Part shown: in pieces, positions 1-13,100 of the stretch | Layout of the letters: every line of letters begins with the position of its first letter | Position numbering within the stretch: the first letter of the stretch is position 1 | Notes under the pieces: model-generated | What the model saw: only the letters and a program-made list of their open reading frames with translations | Told to the model about the DNA's origin: nothing | Database searches by the model: none | Made by a program: the position numbers and the translations under genes | Assembly: GCF_902459465.1 (NCBI RefSeq) | Contig: NC_047062.1 | Span: 17,608,001-17,672,000, forward strand | Length of the DNA: 64,000 bases | Source of the DNA: Asterias rubens | Taxonomy: Eukaryota | Direction: 5' to 3'

Positions 1-258
1 AAAATAGTAAAAGTGACAAAACTTGGCAGAAAGTGTGAAAAAAGGGAACCCCCCCCCAAAAAAAAAAAAAAATCCCATAAATTATAGGCAAATGTACACA
101 AAGACACACAAACAAAAAATACAAATACATGTAGAAATAGTTTCATCACAAATCTAACCAATTTAGAGAATAGAGTGTTGTATTTCAAAAGATTTTTGTT
201 TTGTTTTCTTCATGCCAGCAAAATTTTGTGTGTGAAAGCAAATATATGTAGTGTGTAC

Positions 259-3200
259 CTCAGCTGGACACATTTTGGGGGAAGAATTACTAAGGTTTTG
301 CTTAGTGTTTTCTTCCCTGCCTTTTTCCCTGCATGTGGATTGGATTTTCAGTCTCTGCACGTAGGCCTTCTTGATTGGGTCAGTTTTCCCTAATTGGAGG
401 TTTCCTCCAACATCTAAAACGGATATTTCTTTATCATCTACAGACACAGACCTTCATGTCACTGCTCAGGCCTGTATGCTTTGTTTTTGAAAGAGCAAGG
501 GCACCAAGGCATTTTCTCCTTGGTGAAGGGCACCCTATAAGGAAAATTGTAAATTTCTATTGGCCAGAGCATTTCAAGGGCACCAATGGGCATGGTGGCA
601 AACGCCTTCGTTGCCTCTGTGAAGTATCAGGCCTGACTGCTTGTTGCTTTTGAGGGTCCCCTGGTTTCATTACAACTTACAAGCAAAAGAAAACAAAATT
701 GCTGCCATCCATCTTTTGAATTCCGCATAGTATGTATAAATTATGAAAATAAATGAAAATGAGGAAAACTGGACTATAAAGTAGACCCCTTGCATTGGCC
801 CCAATCACTGACATCAACAATGGAAAAGTACACATTGTGTACGCGCTGCGCAAGACTCCCAGCCAATTATAACTCTTCATCGATGCGCATTTCATCAGCA
901 ACGACTGCCAATGCAAATGGTCTAAATACTAATTATCGTAAATAACAATTCCCACAAAGCAATCACAGGAACAGACCCCTCCCCTTGCCATCTGAATCTC
1001 CTTAAAAGTCCATGAAACATCTTTGCAGACAATGGAGCACATAGAACTGAAGACCTAACCACAACACTTTCCCCCCAAGCAGGCATTTATTATTGATGTA
1101 TGTATTATGGCTGTACCATGGCCAACTCAACCTACATCTTTTGTGTGTGACTCATCCTGTCTCCACCTCCCCCCCCCCTTCTCTGAGGTCAACAAACTAT
1201 CAGGGGTGAACAAACTTTCAGCACTCACAGCTTGTAAAGCTGTTTGTAAACAAGAAGACTCCTGGTGAATTGTGACATAATTGTGACCATTGTGTTGTTA
1301 TGTGGTTGTATGTAGCTGTAACCAGTTGGCATTGTCACATCATTTACTAAACTAGCTTGTAATATGCTTGAGTGTACAAACACAAGGGTTATTATACAGT
1401 AATAAATGTACAACTGCTATATGCAGAACTTCTGGGCTGTAGTAACTACTCCTTAGAAAACCGTCAGCTAGGCCACTGAGATCAGGCATGTCTGGGCGAA
1501 TTAACACATGCCCCAACGCCTCTTATTTCATTTTGACTGTGCTGAGAAATCCTTTCACAGGCAGTCTTGTCAACACATTCTGCCTTGAAAACCAATAAAT
1601 AAACACACAATAGTTTGGCAGATTGCACAAAGTTACTAAGGCAACATGACGTACTAGCAAACTAATTATATAGCTACTGGTCTTGCTATTAACTAATACA
1701 ATTTATAACCATTTCATCCAAAATATGCTCTAACAACACAGGTTAAATCTGTAGCAAATTTAATGGTTCAAAAAACCTATCCACTGACACAGTCAAGTGC
1801 ACTGACTGAAATTATCCAACCCTATTAATTTTACATTGGAAGATAATTTAACGAATGCAATTATGGAGCGCCTGCTCCTAAACTATTATTCCATACCGGA
1901 AATAGCACACACAAAAAATCAATTGTAGGTCATTTGTCTAACCTTTCAGCAGTTGAAGGCTGGATGTCTCCTACGCAAAAGTATCTCCTTAGTGGTTAAT
2001 TAATTCAATGCTGAATAAAAAGTATTATACTTTTTGGCTGCAGTCGATGAAAGTTTTAGGCCCTTCACCCTGACCTATCACAAGCCTATTGACCCCCCCC
2101 CCCTTAAGAGGTAATTTCATAAAATGCCCCCCCCCCCCCCAAAGAGGTCATTTTATAAAACGGCCTGAACAGGAGCAAATTATTTATTGTAGTAGTCTCT
2201 TTTTATCACGAGCAGGGTTGACAGTCATAAAAAAAAGTTCTGAAACTAGGAAAGATCGTATTCAGGGGCATCTATTAGAACAATGTCTTTTCCACATTAG
2301 CGTTTAACCCCTGGAGTTATTTCAAGGAGCTTCTGGGAAAAGTATCCTCACTACAAGAGTCAAGACCAAGGAGCATGACTTCTTTGAATCAGAAAAAAAT
2401 AATAGCTAAGTTTGCGCTCAGATGAAAGTCTGCAATTTCTTATCCCTGCAGGACAAAAATTGGCCAACCAGCCTGAATATTTTCAAAACCACTTAAAGAA
2501 TGGTCTGGACCAATAGTTTGCAATTTTATGTTGCTCAAGAGGAAGTGAATCCTTGGTAATGGGATTTCTATATCGGCAGTTGACACAACATTGGTGAAGA
2601 AATTTATTTCAACATGATCAAATCTCCACAAATAAAACAAGCCAGTATAACGGTTCACATTCCAGTGTTTCCAATCACACAAACATACAAGCTAGTGCTC
2701 AGTAGTTCCCTTTAGTTTAAAAAAGAGATCAACAAAATAGGGAAGTATATTTTGGTCTTGGATATTACGTTACTGGATTGAGACTCCAAAACCGGACAGG
2801 CAAGAGGGGAAAACGGTATTAATAAATTGTTGTTATCCTGCTCCAGTACACTTCTGAAATCGAGATAATGTTGTTGTTTTTGTCAGAGCAGCATCCAACA
2901 TTTAAGTGTTGCACATGTTTAAAGATAGGGTCATAGATTGTTTTTTTTTGTCAACTACTGCTGATTCAGATTTACAGGCAAAGTTATCAAAAAACACACA
3001 CTACAAGTCACATAAAAAGTTTCAGCTGAATACAGTGTTTACTTGTTGAGATAATAAAAAATATAAAAAAATGTCACAGCACTTTCATGAAAAAATGTCA
3101 AATCCATCCACATAAAGTTTGGTAACCAAACTAGTTAAGTGTTTTTCAGGGGAAAATTTGTCCAAATCCTAGGCCTATTACTTCAAGGGGGAATCCTTTC

Positions 3201-3654
3201 TCAAAATAGTTTACTTTCAACGGTCGCAGTACGTTGTATAAACCAATCTACGATCAATGTTATAGCTAGACCAGTTGTAGTGGTGGGTTCTAAACCCAAT
3301 TTAATAGTTCGACAAGGGAGAGCGGTTTAACAAAATTATTCATGTTTAGATATGGGGGCATCATTGCTGAAGTGCAATCTAGGGGACACCCGTGCTGGGC
3401 AGCACAGTGTATTTTGCTCAGAATGCTGGGCGAAATTTGTTAGTTCTGGGCAGGTCCGCTACGATACTGTCCATGACCCTTCCTGTAGGTGTTGAACCAG
3501 TCATAAAATTGGCTAATTTTTTGAAAAGCAGACTCACCTCTCCAAAGATCACTGTAGTAAGTAAAACCAGGAGAAACACAAGAGAAAACGCCACCATTAA
3601 CCAGAACACCAAGATGTCCCAATCCCAGATGAGGACGGAACTCAACCAAGCCAT
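259..3654 (-). CDS. Possible exons of an unidentified gene (hydrophobic N-terminus); gene model not resolved
   Basis: Exon-like segments with AG/GT flanks on the minus strand: 3654-3538 (ACCATGG start, MAWLSSVLIWDWDILVFWLMVAFSLVFLLVLLTTVIFGE, donor GAG|GTGAGT), 1413-1229 and 437-259. Phases cannot be joined into one coherent model and I recognise no family. Confidence 0.3.
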
Positions 3655-4469
3655 GGTGTAGCGGTAGCTCTATCCAAGGTGCTGCTTCCCCATGGATGTC
3701 CAACTCACAACTAGACGTCTGTTAGACATAAAAGGAAAGTGTTATAAAAGAGAGTGTCCTTCTCATCCAGGGCTTATTACAGTATTTTTAAGCTCAAAAC
3801 TTCTAGACTTACCCAAGTCACTTAAAAAGCAATTACACCCATTTCCTCTTTGCATTTACACAGGAGAGAAATTATTATCTTGTTCCTTGCTTTATTATTT
3901 CTGGGGGTTTTTTTCTTCCAAGAACCAAGGTGGTTTTGAAGACATGGAACATTGGTAATTTTGTTTTTAAGACAACATTATCAAGAGAGCAAAAAATACC
4001 AACATTAGGATCACAGAACAAAAAAGACTTTCTCTCAATACAAATTTGATCAAGTTTTAATTTGAGATTGCTTTTAAAATGCTACACCTGTGTACTAGTA
4101 CCTACATTTAGTCCAATGCATAAAGAGAACAAAGTTTTGATCTGATAAAAAACGGGCCTAAATGCAGACTTTTAAACTTGTATAAACCACATGGATTGGA
4201 TAAACTGTGTGGCAAGGAAAGAAAGACAATCAAGCTAATCTGATGCTTGTTGTAGAAAGCTTTTAGCTATAGAGTAAGAAGATTAGTTAGACAATTGGAG
4301 GGATTACTGTATAAACATCAATTGCATTATTATGGTAATTTCAACAAAGTTCCCCAGCCCTTGCTCTTTGGGTAAGGTGACTGAAGTGTGTGGGGGTATT
4401 TTGAGGATAACGGGAAAAACAGTGTACTTAAAACACACACACAATGGGAGAACAAAGAGTAAGTCCTCA

Positions 4470-4689
4470 ATAGACCGTATTGAATATGACGTCGACGTTC
4501 AAATATCTGACCTACAAGATGACGTCTGTGCGTGTGTGCATGCGTTTGTGCGTTCATGTGCCATATAAATCAAACCGGGAATGTTGCGTGCTGCGTGCTT
4601 CGATGACGTATGAGTTTGGACGCGCATACGGTCTGCCCTACAAGGTGGCGACTTTTCAAAGCAAAAAGGGGTTATTCAATACGGTCTAT
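4470..4689. mobile_element. MITE with ATAGACCGTATTGAATA terminal inverted repeats (copy 1)
   Basis: 17-bp perfect TIRs at 4470-4486 and 4673-4689; near-identical second copy at 52393-52607. Confidence 0.85.
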
Positions 4690-4859
4690 AATGAGGTTAA
4701 CAAACATGGAAGGTTCCTTGTGGGGTGATTAATGGAACAATGTAGCTCACATAGTTTCTCTTTGTTCAACTTGGACCTGATTGAGGGATTCTTAAGAAAA
4801 GGGAATATAAAACAACAACAGCAGCATCCCACAAACATGATACAAGGCCTTGAGCACCT

Positions 4860-4893
4860 CATTTTGGTGGATTTTGGCGCCCTATAAATATTC

Positions 4894-4941
<48 letters not shown>

Positions 4942-4945
4942 TATT
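4860..4945 (+). repeat. (TAT)n microsatellite preceded by a LINE/SINE-like tail
   Basis: GGCGCCCTATAAATA followed by a long (TAT)n run, resembling the L2-type tail at 18650-18705. Confidence 0.55.
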
Positions 4946-5420
4946 TATAAGGACAGGGGCCTTGATCAATAATTTTACAAGGAGCTTTGTATGGAGTTGG
5001 CTGTAAACAGATGGGGGAGCTTAAAATGTAATTCTTTGTGACTTTTTGTTTTTGCTAGTCGCAGTAGAACCCACAGCGTTTTGATGTGTTAAGTAGAGTA
5101 TGCTCTATTTCTGGTCAGTACTGACCAAATGCAAGGACTAAACAAATGCAAGGCAAATAAAAGACTCAAGAAACTTTTCAAATTATTCTGGAATAAATAT
5201 TGGAAACGGAGGCCAACATTGGACAAAACTTGCATTTTGTTTGATGAGTTTGTGTTTGTGGGCGTTCTTGTGAAAGCAACCATTAAAATGAATTTCACGC
5301 TACATATTAATGTGCAGAGCTCATTAACTTTTGTTTTTAAGTAGGCCTATTGCACTGATAAGCCCATTTTGGCCATATAATTTGTAAAATTATTCAGTCT
5401 CTGTTTAAACCCCCCCCCCC

Positions 5421-5459
<39 letters not shown>

Positions 5460-5762
5460 TTCCCGATGTGTGGTGGACAGTAGAGGGAAATTCAACGGAG
5501 GAAATCTGGATTGGCCCTGAAAATGAGGCTACTTTTCAATTACTACAAACAGTGAGTTGGACAAATTGCAAAGAAATGACAACTTTGAGGTGTCATAAAA
5601 CAAATTTGAAACAAAAGTGACCTGAAACAAATTCTGCTACGGTAAAGTTAAGAAAACACAAATCTCCGTTTTCGTGTACAATTTTTGGGGAAAGATGTCC
5701 GTATCCTGCCAAGCGCCGCCACTTTTTCACAAAAAAATTGCAAAAAGGAATAACTCGGATAA

Positions 5763-5880
5763 CTTCCGTATGGCGCCACCACTTTTTCACAAATATTTAC
5801 AAAAAGGGTTATCTAATTGAGGTAAATAAGATACTATATTATTTCATATCGAATGAAAAAGTGGTGGCGCCATACGGAAA
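5763..5880. mobile_element. Short inverted-repeat element
   Basis: TTCCGTATGGCGCCACCACTTTTTCA ... TGAAAAAGTGGTGGCGCCATACGGAA inverted pair; related fragment near 49735-49790. Confidence 0.65.
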
Positions 5881-7195
5881 CTTTTCCAAGATATACATTG
5901 TAAAGCATTAACAACGGTGAAAACAATGGTTTTCTCACCTACTGCACAGCACTCCTGCCAGCTCAAAACTTTCACCAAGAGCACGTGGGGACGGACAACC
6001 CGCCGTTGTCAGTTTGCAAAGCTCGGTACGTTTGCTCTCCCTCTTCACACCATCAGTGACCATGTGCACAGCGTTGTTTATGTTGACGTTCCTCGACGGC
6101 AGACCGTTAACTTGACGAAGAACATGCAAAGAACAATACCCTGTACTTATTCAGAGTCTCCTCGACAATGTGATAATTACATGAAACAAAGCACATGTGT
6201 CCGCAGTGTTAAGTTGTATTGTTAAGTTACAACATTACAAAGGAACTGTTCTTTTATCTGCCGCAGTTATAAGACGTCCGTTAAGTAACGAAGGAGGAAG
6301 CCGTACTAAAACTGCACGCTTATTTTTTTTAGACTAGTTAATGTCGTTAGAGGGCGCGCTATCAACATAACTTCAGGTCGTTTCTATCTTATTTAAGTCT
6401 TACTCTATGTTTAAGTTAATAAGTAAAATAGACGTGAAAGGGAGTGTAGATAGATCAGCTATTTTTAGTATTACTTGATTTACATCCATGTATTTTATTT
6501 GATTTGCTGTTGTCTGAGCTAACAACTTATTGCGATGGTGCCAGAGTACTGACACTTTTGATGTATCATTGTATTGTGCTGTGATTTACCAAGGAAGTTT
6601 TGTGTGGTCTGTGTGTTGATCTAAAATCGAGTGGTAAGTTTTGGTAAACATGCATACAATTATCAGGTTATTATAAATACACTTTGTTGTGAGTGTGACC
6701 CATTCATGGATCTGATTAAATGTAGTTTCTGTTCAACAGAGACTACATTTATTTAACAGAATCTGTTGAATTGCAGTTTTCCAGAATATGACTATTTCAG
6801 TGCAAACATTCGGTCCTGTGTGTTTACTTACATTCAATACATTGTAGTTGTACATGTAACATTGTATGTATTTCGTAGTTACTTTTATTCAGGCCAGAAT
6901 CATTCAGAAATCATAGACTATCATTATTATAACCTCATGAGTCATCTGGTCATACTCATTCTCATTGAACATACATAGACTAGAGAGGTTCGATCCATGC
7001 TCTATGGTTTATGTGTGGTTGTTTGGTAGTAGGGTGTTTGGACTGCTGCAAATGTGGGCACGGTATATGCAATGGGAGGTGTCGCAAATCATGGTGATTA
7101 GGGGAAGTAGTTTTTCCCAAGTTTAGCTTTTTATTTTTGTATGAACATTTATTTCTTCTCATTTTTCATTTTCAGAGCACTGCATCAAGGTTACC

Positions 7196-10100
7196 ATGGA
7201 TTCAGCTGGTAAACGTGCATGCACGAGGCGCAAACAGCCCACCCCAAGGAGTGGACATGTTGCTGTGACGTACGGTGACCTCATGCTTATTTGGGGAGGC
7301 TATAGTGTAAGACGTTGTGACTATACAATAGGCTTAAGTCGCCTCGTGCTTGGATAATATGGAGGATGGGGTACACCATAACTATGCTTGCCACTGCCAG
7401 TGGAAGGTTTCAGATTGTATTAATGACCTCATTCAGGCATGTATCAGGAGGCTAAAGTCTTGTTTACTTCCTGCAAATACGAATGGGAAGCTAATTTGAC
7501 ATCACAAATTCGCAATGAACAATTCAATGAACAATTCACAGCAATTAAGCACAGCTCAACTCTTGTGAAACAACGAACATTCGCGACGAACATTCGCAAC
7601 AAACATTCGCAACAAACATTCGCCATGAAAAATTCCCAAGAGTCAAAGCACAGCTCAACTCTTGCAAAACATTTGCAGCGAAAACAGAGCTATGACGTCA
7701 AATTCTGCAGGAAGTATGAGCCTTGCTTGAGTCAGTGGAGGCTTCAGCTTACCTGGTGACCTTTTGCCCATTTTAGAAGCAAGTTGATTTTGGATACCTC
7801 TGGCTATGATAATCTCATAGGATTGTTAGTGAACATAAAATAACTTGTACAAATTTTTTGTGGAAGAGTAGGGTTTCAGGTCCCAATTTCATGGCTCTGC
7901 TTACCGTAAGCACAGAATTGGCGCTTACTGGAGCAGGGAATTCTGTGCTTATGGCAAGCGTATTTCACGGGTTAGCAGGGAATTTTTGCTTCTGCGCGTG
8001 CGTACTTCACAATACCCTAGGCATTCTACGTTTACAAGGCTAGCGCATTAATTCGGCACTCGCACGTAAGCGAGGAATCATGATCGTAAGCACAGATTTC
8101 GGCGGTAAGCAGAGCCATGAAATTGGGCCCTATTTCATATAGCAAGCAACTTTGTTTACAGGTTTCCTCTGGCTATTGTGATTATATTCACTTATGAGTC
8201 ATCCTTGGTTTTATCATAACCAAAGTGGTTGATGTCTTTAGTCTATATACGATGTGACCCATGTTTACATTCTAACCGCCCTCTGTTGAAAAAACACTGT
8301 ATACTTCATGTTTCGCCAAGCAAAAAGACGCGTAGTCATAAGGGTTATCGCTATTCAGAACCGCAATGCGTTGTGGGAAGGAATATGTGGCGGTTTCTAT
8401 GCAGTTTCTACGAATGTGCACGCAAGGCCTATACCTTTGTGTGGGTTCAACAGTGCCCTCTCTTGATATTTTGCTATTCACGATAAACCTTATGGTAAGA
8501 TTGCATACACTTTTAAGTGGCTGCCAAAACACAAAGGTTTTCGAGTGACGTCAGAGGTCACATCGTCTATACTGCATTTTATTACAGGATTTTCCAGAAC
8601 TGGATCAAACGAATGGCCACGGTGATCTGTACTTGGATGGCAAGGAAGTTTGGTGTTACAACATAGAAGCACAGCTATGGTGAGTGTTTATCATTGCCAA
8701 GAATAGTCCACAACCTGCCGGTCTTGGAATGCCGTTTAAGACCTCAACACCACTAAGCACTAGGGTCACCATAAATTTACAAGCACTTGTACTATCTGGT
8801 GTAATTTCTTTTTAGGGACGTATGGAACACTAGGAGTAGCCCCCCTGGAATGTCTGGAAGCTGTGCAGCATGTGTCCGCAATCACATGTATGTCTTTGGT
8901 GGATTTAATGAAAACTTCAACTCGAATGAGGTATGAAACCTAGGATTCGTATAAAGAAATGGGGTCGTTGTGACCAAGGGGTCTAGGGCACTGGACTCAA
9001 AATCTGTAATTAAAATATTGTGGGTTTGATTCCTGGCGAGGACCCAATTTCATAGAGCTGCTAAGCACAACAATTTGCTTTATGAAATTGGGCCCTGGAC
9101 AGTTGCGACTTATGTGTCCTTGAGTGAGGTACTTTATCATAATTGCCTCACCCAGGAGTACAAATAGGTACTGGTAGAGCTGAGGAGTAGCCTGCGATTG
9201 ACTGGCATCCTGTCTTGGGAGATACTCTCAGTTGTTTAATGCCAAGGAAACCAGATATAAACCTCGACCTGATGAGCCATATTGATTGGCTTGAGACAGA
9301 CTTTATTGATCATGTTTATAAAGAAACAGAACTCATTCCTATCTTTGCAGGTCCTGGGCGCATCTGCTGTACCTCAGCCCCATACCCATAGTAAAGGCCA
9401 TAGCTTGCCTTGTTAGTGGTAATACCTTATTTTCAAGATGACTAGAAAATAACCGCTGCATAGTTATGAAGAGAGGGAAGACAACTTGTAGTCCACACAA
9501 AGCTTACTTTCTACTTTCTACAATCAGTAATTGCATAATTGAATTTGTAGACGGGTGGTCTTTCATAAATAAGTAAAACAAATTTGTATACTTATTTACA
9601 ATGAAGCTTTACAGATTGAATCTTAAGACCAAGGTTTGGAGCCAACTTAAGCCGGACGGTGAAGCCCCATCTCCAAGGGACAAGCTGACATGCTGGGCGT
9701 ATGAAGACAAGTAAGAAATACTCCAAGGAGCCCAAATTGATTCCCTTTCTTGTTATTATCGGTACAACAGGCCTGAAATACACCCACTACACCAACAGCA
9801 TTTGCTGTGGTGCTCTGTGCTTTTGCTATGGTGCCCTTTGCAAAGTTCAAATAAAAATTTACATTTTCGACATAGAGATGCCCCAAACCAGGGCAACATT
9901 GCTGTGCCCGTTCAAGAGGGATGTTCAAGGTTTGGTGTATTAAAAGCATGGATTATTCATTAAATAGCTTTTCAAGAAACTATTTGTACAAAGTTTTCTG
10001 CTAAAATGCAATGATAAGATCTGTCGGTCCTATTATGTGTGGCACTGCTTTAGTGAGCACGGCCATATGACACTGTAATTTAAGTGATTTGGGATTTAAA

Positions 10101-13100
10101 CTTGAACTGGACTCGAACTTGGACCTGATGATTGAGGACTGAAGTATATTTGAGAATACCCAATCCTGCCACAGACACTTTGATTTCACCCCCACGGAAT
10201 CTAGGACAATGGTCTTTAAAAACGAGAGAAGCTTTAAATCTCCCCCCTCTTATCCCTTGATCAAACCTCACACAATCTAATTTCTCATTCTTCCCATGCC
10301 GCCCTAAACCCTCAAATTAACCCTCTTTTATAGGCTCATATTCTTTGGAGGATTTGGTCAGCCTCCCTTCCGTGAAGATGCAATGAATAACAGCATAGGA
10401 GAGTGGCATCTAGACCCAACCTCAGTTCGTCTCTGGGCAGAGTCGGTGAGTTATCCCCTACTTCGTTTGTTTTCCTTCTCTGGTTCGACCGAGCTATGTA
10501 AAGATTTAGATGAGTGAAAATTGTATACAGGTTAGGAATTTAAACTTATTACAAGGTGTTTTGGTATCATTTAATTGAAACATAGATTTTTTAAAACTCA
10601 ACAGACAATTTAAGCAATATTTTGTGCAGCTCTATGAAAATTAGCCCTTATCTTTAATTGTTAATGTACACACTGATTTGCAGATACGGGGATGGAACAA
10701 TCATCTATACGTGTATAACATCACAGAGAACAGATGGAGCCATGTAGAGGCGCAGGTAAGACTTCTCTTACAAATATTCTTTAAATTGGTCTATTGACTT
10801 TGCTCTCCTTGTTGTGCGACATTAATTGTTTTGGGATAATTGCATCTCTGTTTGAGAAGTTCTTAGCGATGGGCCCTGGTTGGTGGTCCATCACTCTAGC
10901 ACTTATTGATCTTCAAAAAGTCCATTGTCTGGAGAGTGTGGCAAGGATATTTAAAGGCAATAGACACCTTTGGTAATTGTCAAAGACCTGTATTATCACT
11001 TGGTGTATCCCAACAAATGTATAATATAACAAATCTGTGAAAATTTGGTCATCGGATCAAAAGTGCAAGAAAAAAATGAAAGAACAAAACACCCTTGTTA
11101 CACAAATTTGTGTGCTTCAAGCCTGAATGAAGTCTTTCTCAGATTCAAATATTTTAGTGAGAGATTACCTCCATATCTATGTTACTTCAAAGAGATCTCC
11201 TTTCTCACAACAGCTAGTCGTAGCTTGTAAGTGTTTATGCTAATATGTATTTCTAGTAACTACCAAACTTGTCCAGTGCCTTTAAGGATACTTTTTTTTG
11301 TTCTTCTATCAGAGAAACCAGCCTTCTCCAAGGGCTGCCCACGGCTGCGTTGTCCTGGGTAATCGAGGCTATGTTTTGGGCGGTCGCTTTCAAGAAAATC
11401 GTCTCAATGACGTCCATTTCTTGGATCTTGACACTATGAAGTGGAGTGGAAGGCAAGTAACCCAAGGAAGAATACAATTTAGTCTTGTATGAAAAAACTA
11501 TTCATAAATACCTCAGACAGTTTCTCTATTCCTATTGGTGGAGAGCGCGTCACGTGGGTGTGTATAAACCTTTGTTTATGACCGGAAAAAAGTGTTAATT
11601 CATGGGCGTGACACGTGACCTTGCACCTGTTCTTTTAAGACAGTTTCTTCATTCCTGTTGGTCGAGAGCAACGGCTGAAACAGTTGTGCCACATCACGCG
11701 ATACGCGCGACGCGCACAGCCTTCCCTTATAAGCAGTTGTTTACCCGAGGGCGGCGGAGGGCTTTACCATTTCATAGCTGGAGGGGTGTAGTGTTGAAAG
11801 AAATCATTTAACAATTATAATTTTTGCATTTAAAAAGTGATGATGTTTTTGACCGAAAAGGTATTTATGAATGGGAATCAAAGTGTGTTGAATCGGTTTT
11901 CAACTAGTGGTTTAAACCCGCCGAGGCCTGGTTCTTTATAATTTACCTCGACTTCGTCTCGGTAAAATTATCAAGAATCAGGCCTCGTTGGGATTAATCC
12001 ACTAGTTGAAAACCTCTTCACCACACATTGATTCCCTTATTTAAACACCAGTTACATGTTTAAAACCAATACAGTTCAATAAATGTAATGGGCGTCAACT
12101 CTCCATCACTGGCGACCAGTTTAAATCCCATCAGAAAAATAGTTGTGAACTGAAAAATAAAGATCATAGGCCACACAGTTTTCAGAATAGGAAAGAGGAC
12201 TCATGAGGTTACTATTGTGACCTGTTGGGGGTCACCATTTGGATAAAAAACAACATGAATAAACAATGTGTCCCTACCATCAATCTATCACTAAAATAAA
12301 TGGTGCATGAAAGGGTTTGAATACTCACAGGGAAATTTTACCCAAAGCTCGGACATTTTCTAATATCAAACAGGGCAGTTTTGCAGTTTAGAATGATCAG
12401 TCAAAACTTACTTGCAGATGCACCCCCAGTCAAGTTCATTATCATTCAAATATTTTCTGAAGGTAAAACATACTTTATGCAAACTCTCTACACAGTTAGG
12501 CAACAATCTGAGCTTGTGTAGTGTTTTTTTTTGTGTAGTGTTTTTTTTTTACAAATAGTTACTCGGATAATCACAACAGTTTTTTGAATGTTTTTTGTTT
12601 TATTAATTGGACATAATTATATGGTATTTTCTTTGTGCGTAGTTTACCTGTGACCGGTGAGATTCCTGTGGGTCGATCATGGCACTGTATGGCACCAGTC
12701 AGTAACCGACATTTCTTAGTCTACGGTGGCTATAGCACAGATAATGTACCCCTCAGTAAGTACACCACTTTAAGCTTTCAAAGGTCACTCCCTTTGTGAT
12801 TCACGGAAGTAGCATCAATTTAATGTTATTATGTTGTTTTTACCCTCACAAAAGCACTGTATATTCAGTACTTTTCTGCGTTCTTTGGAAAAAATCCACA
12901 GGCAAATCACATGGATTCGAACCCATGATCTTTGCATTGCTAGAGCAGATGTCTGACCACTAGACCTATCACTAAGCCCCACGGCCAAAGGCAGTTCGAG
13001 AGAATTCTTGTTGCAAAAAATTAACATCAGCTGAATGTTTACCCATTAGAGACCATTCATTTCTGTATAATCATCATCTTGTGCTGATTTTGTTCAATTA

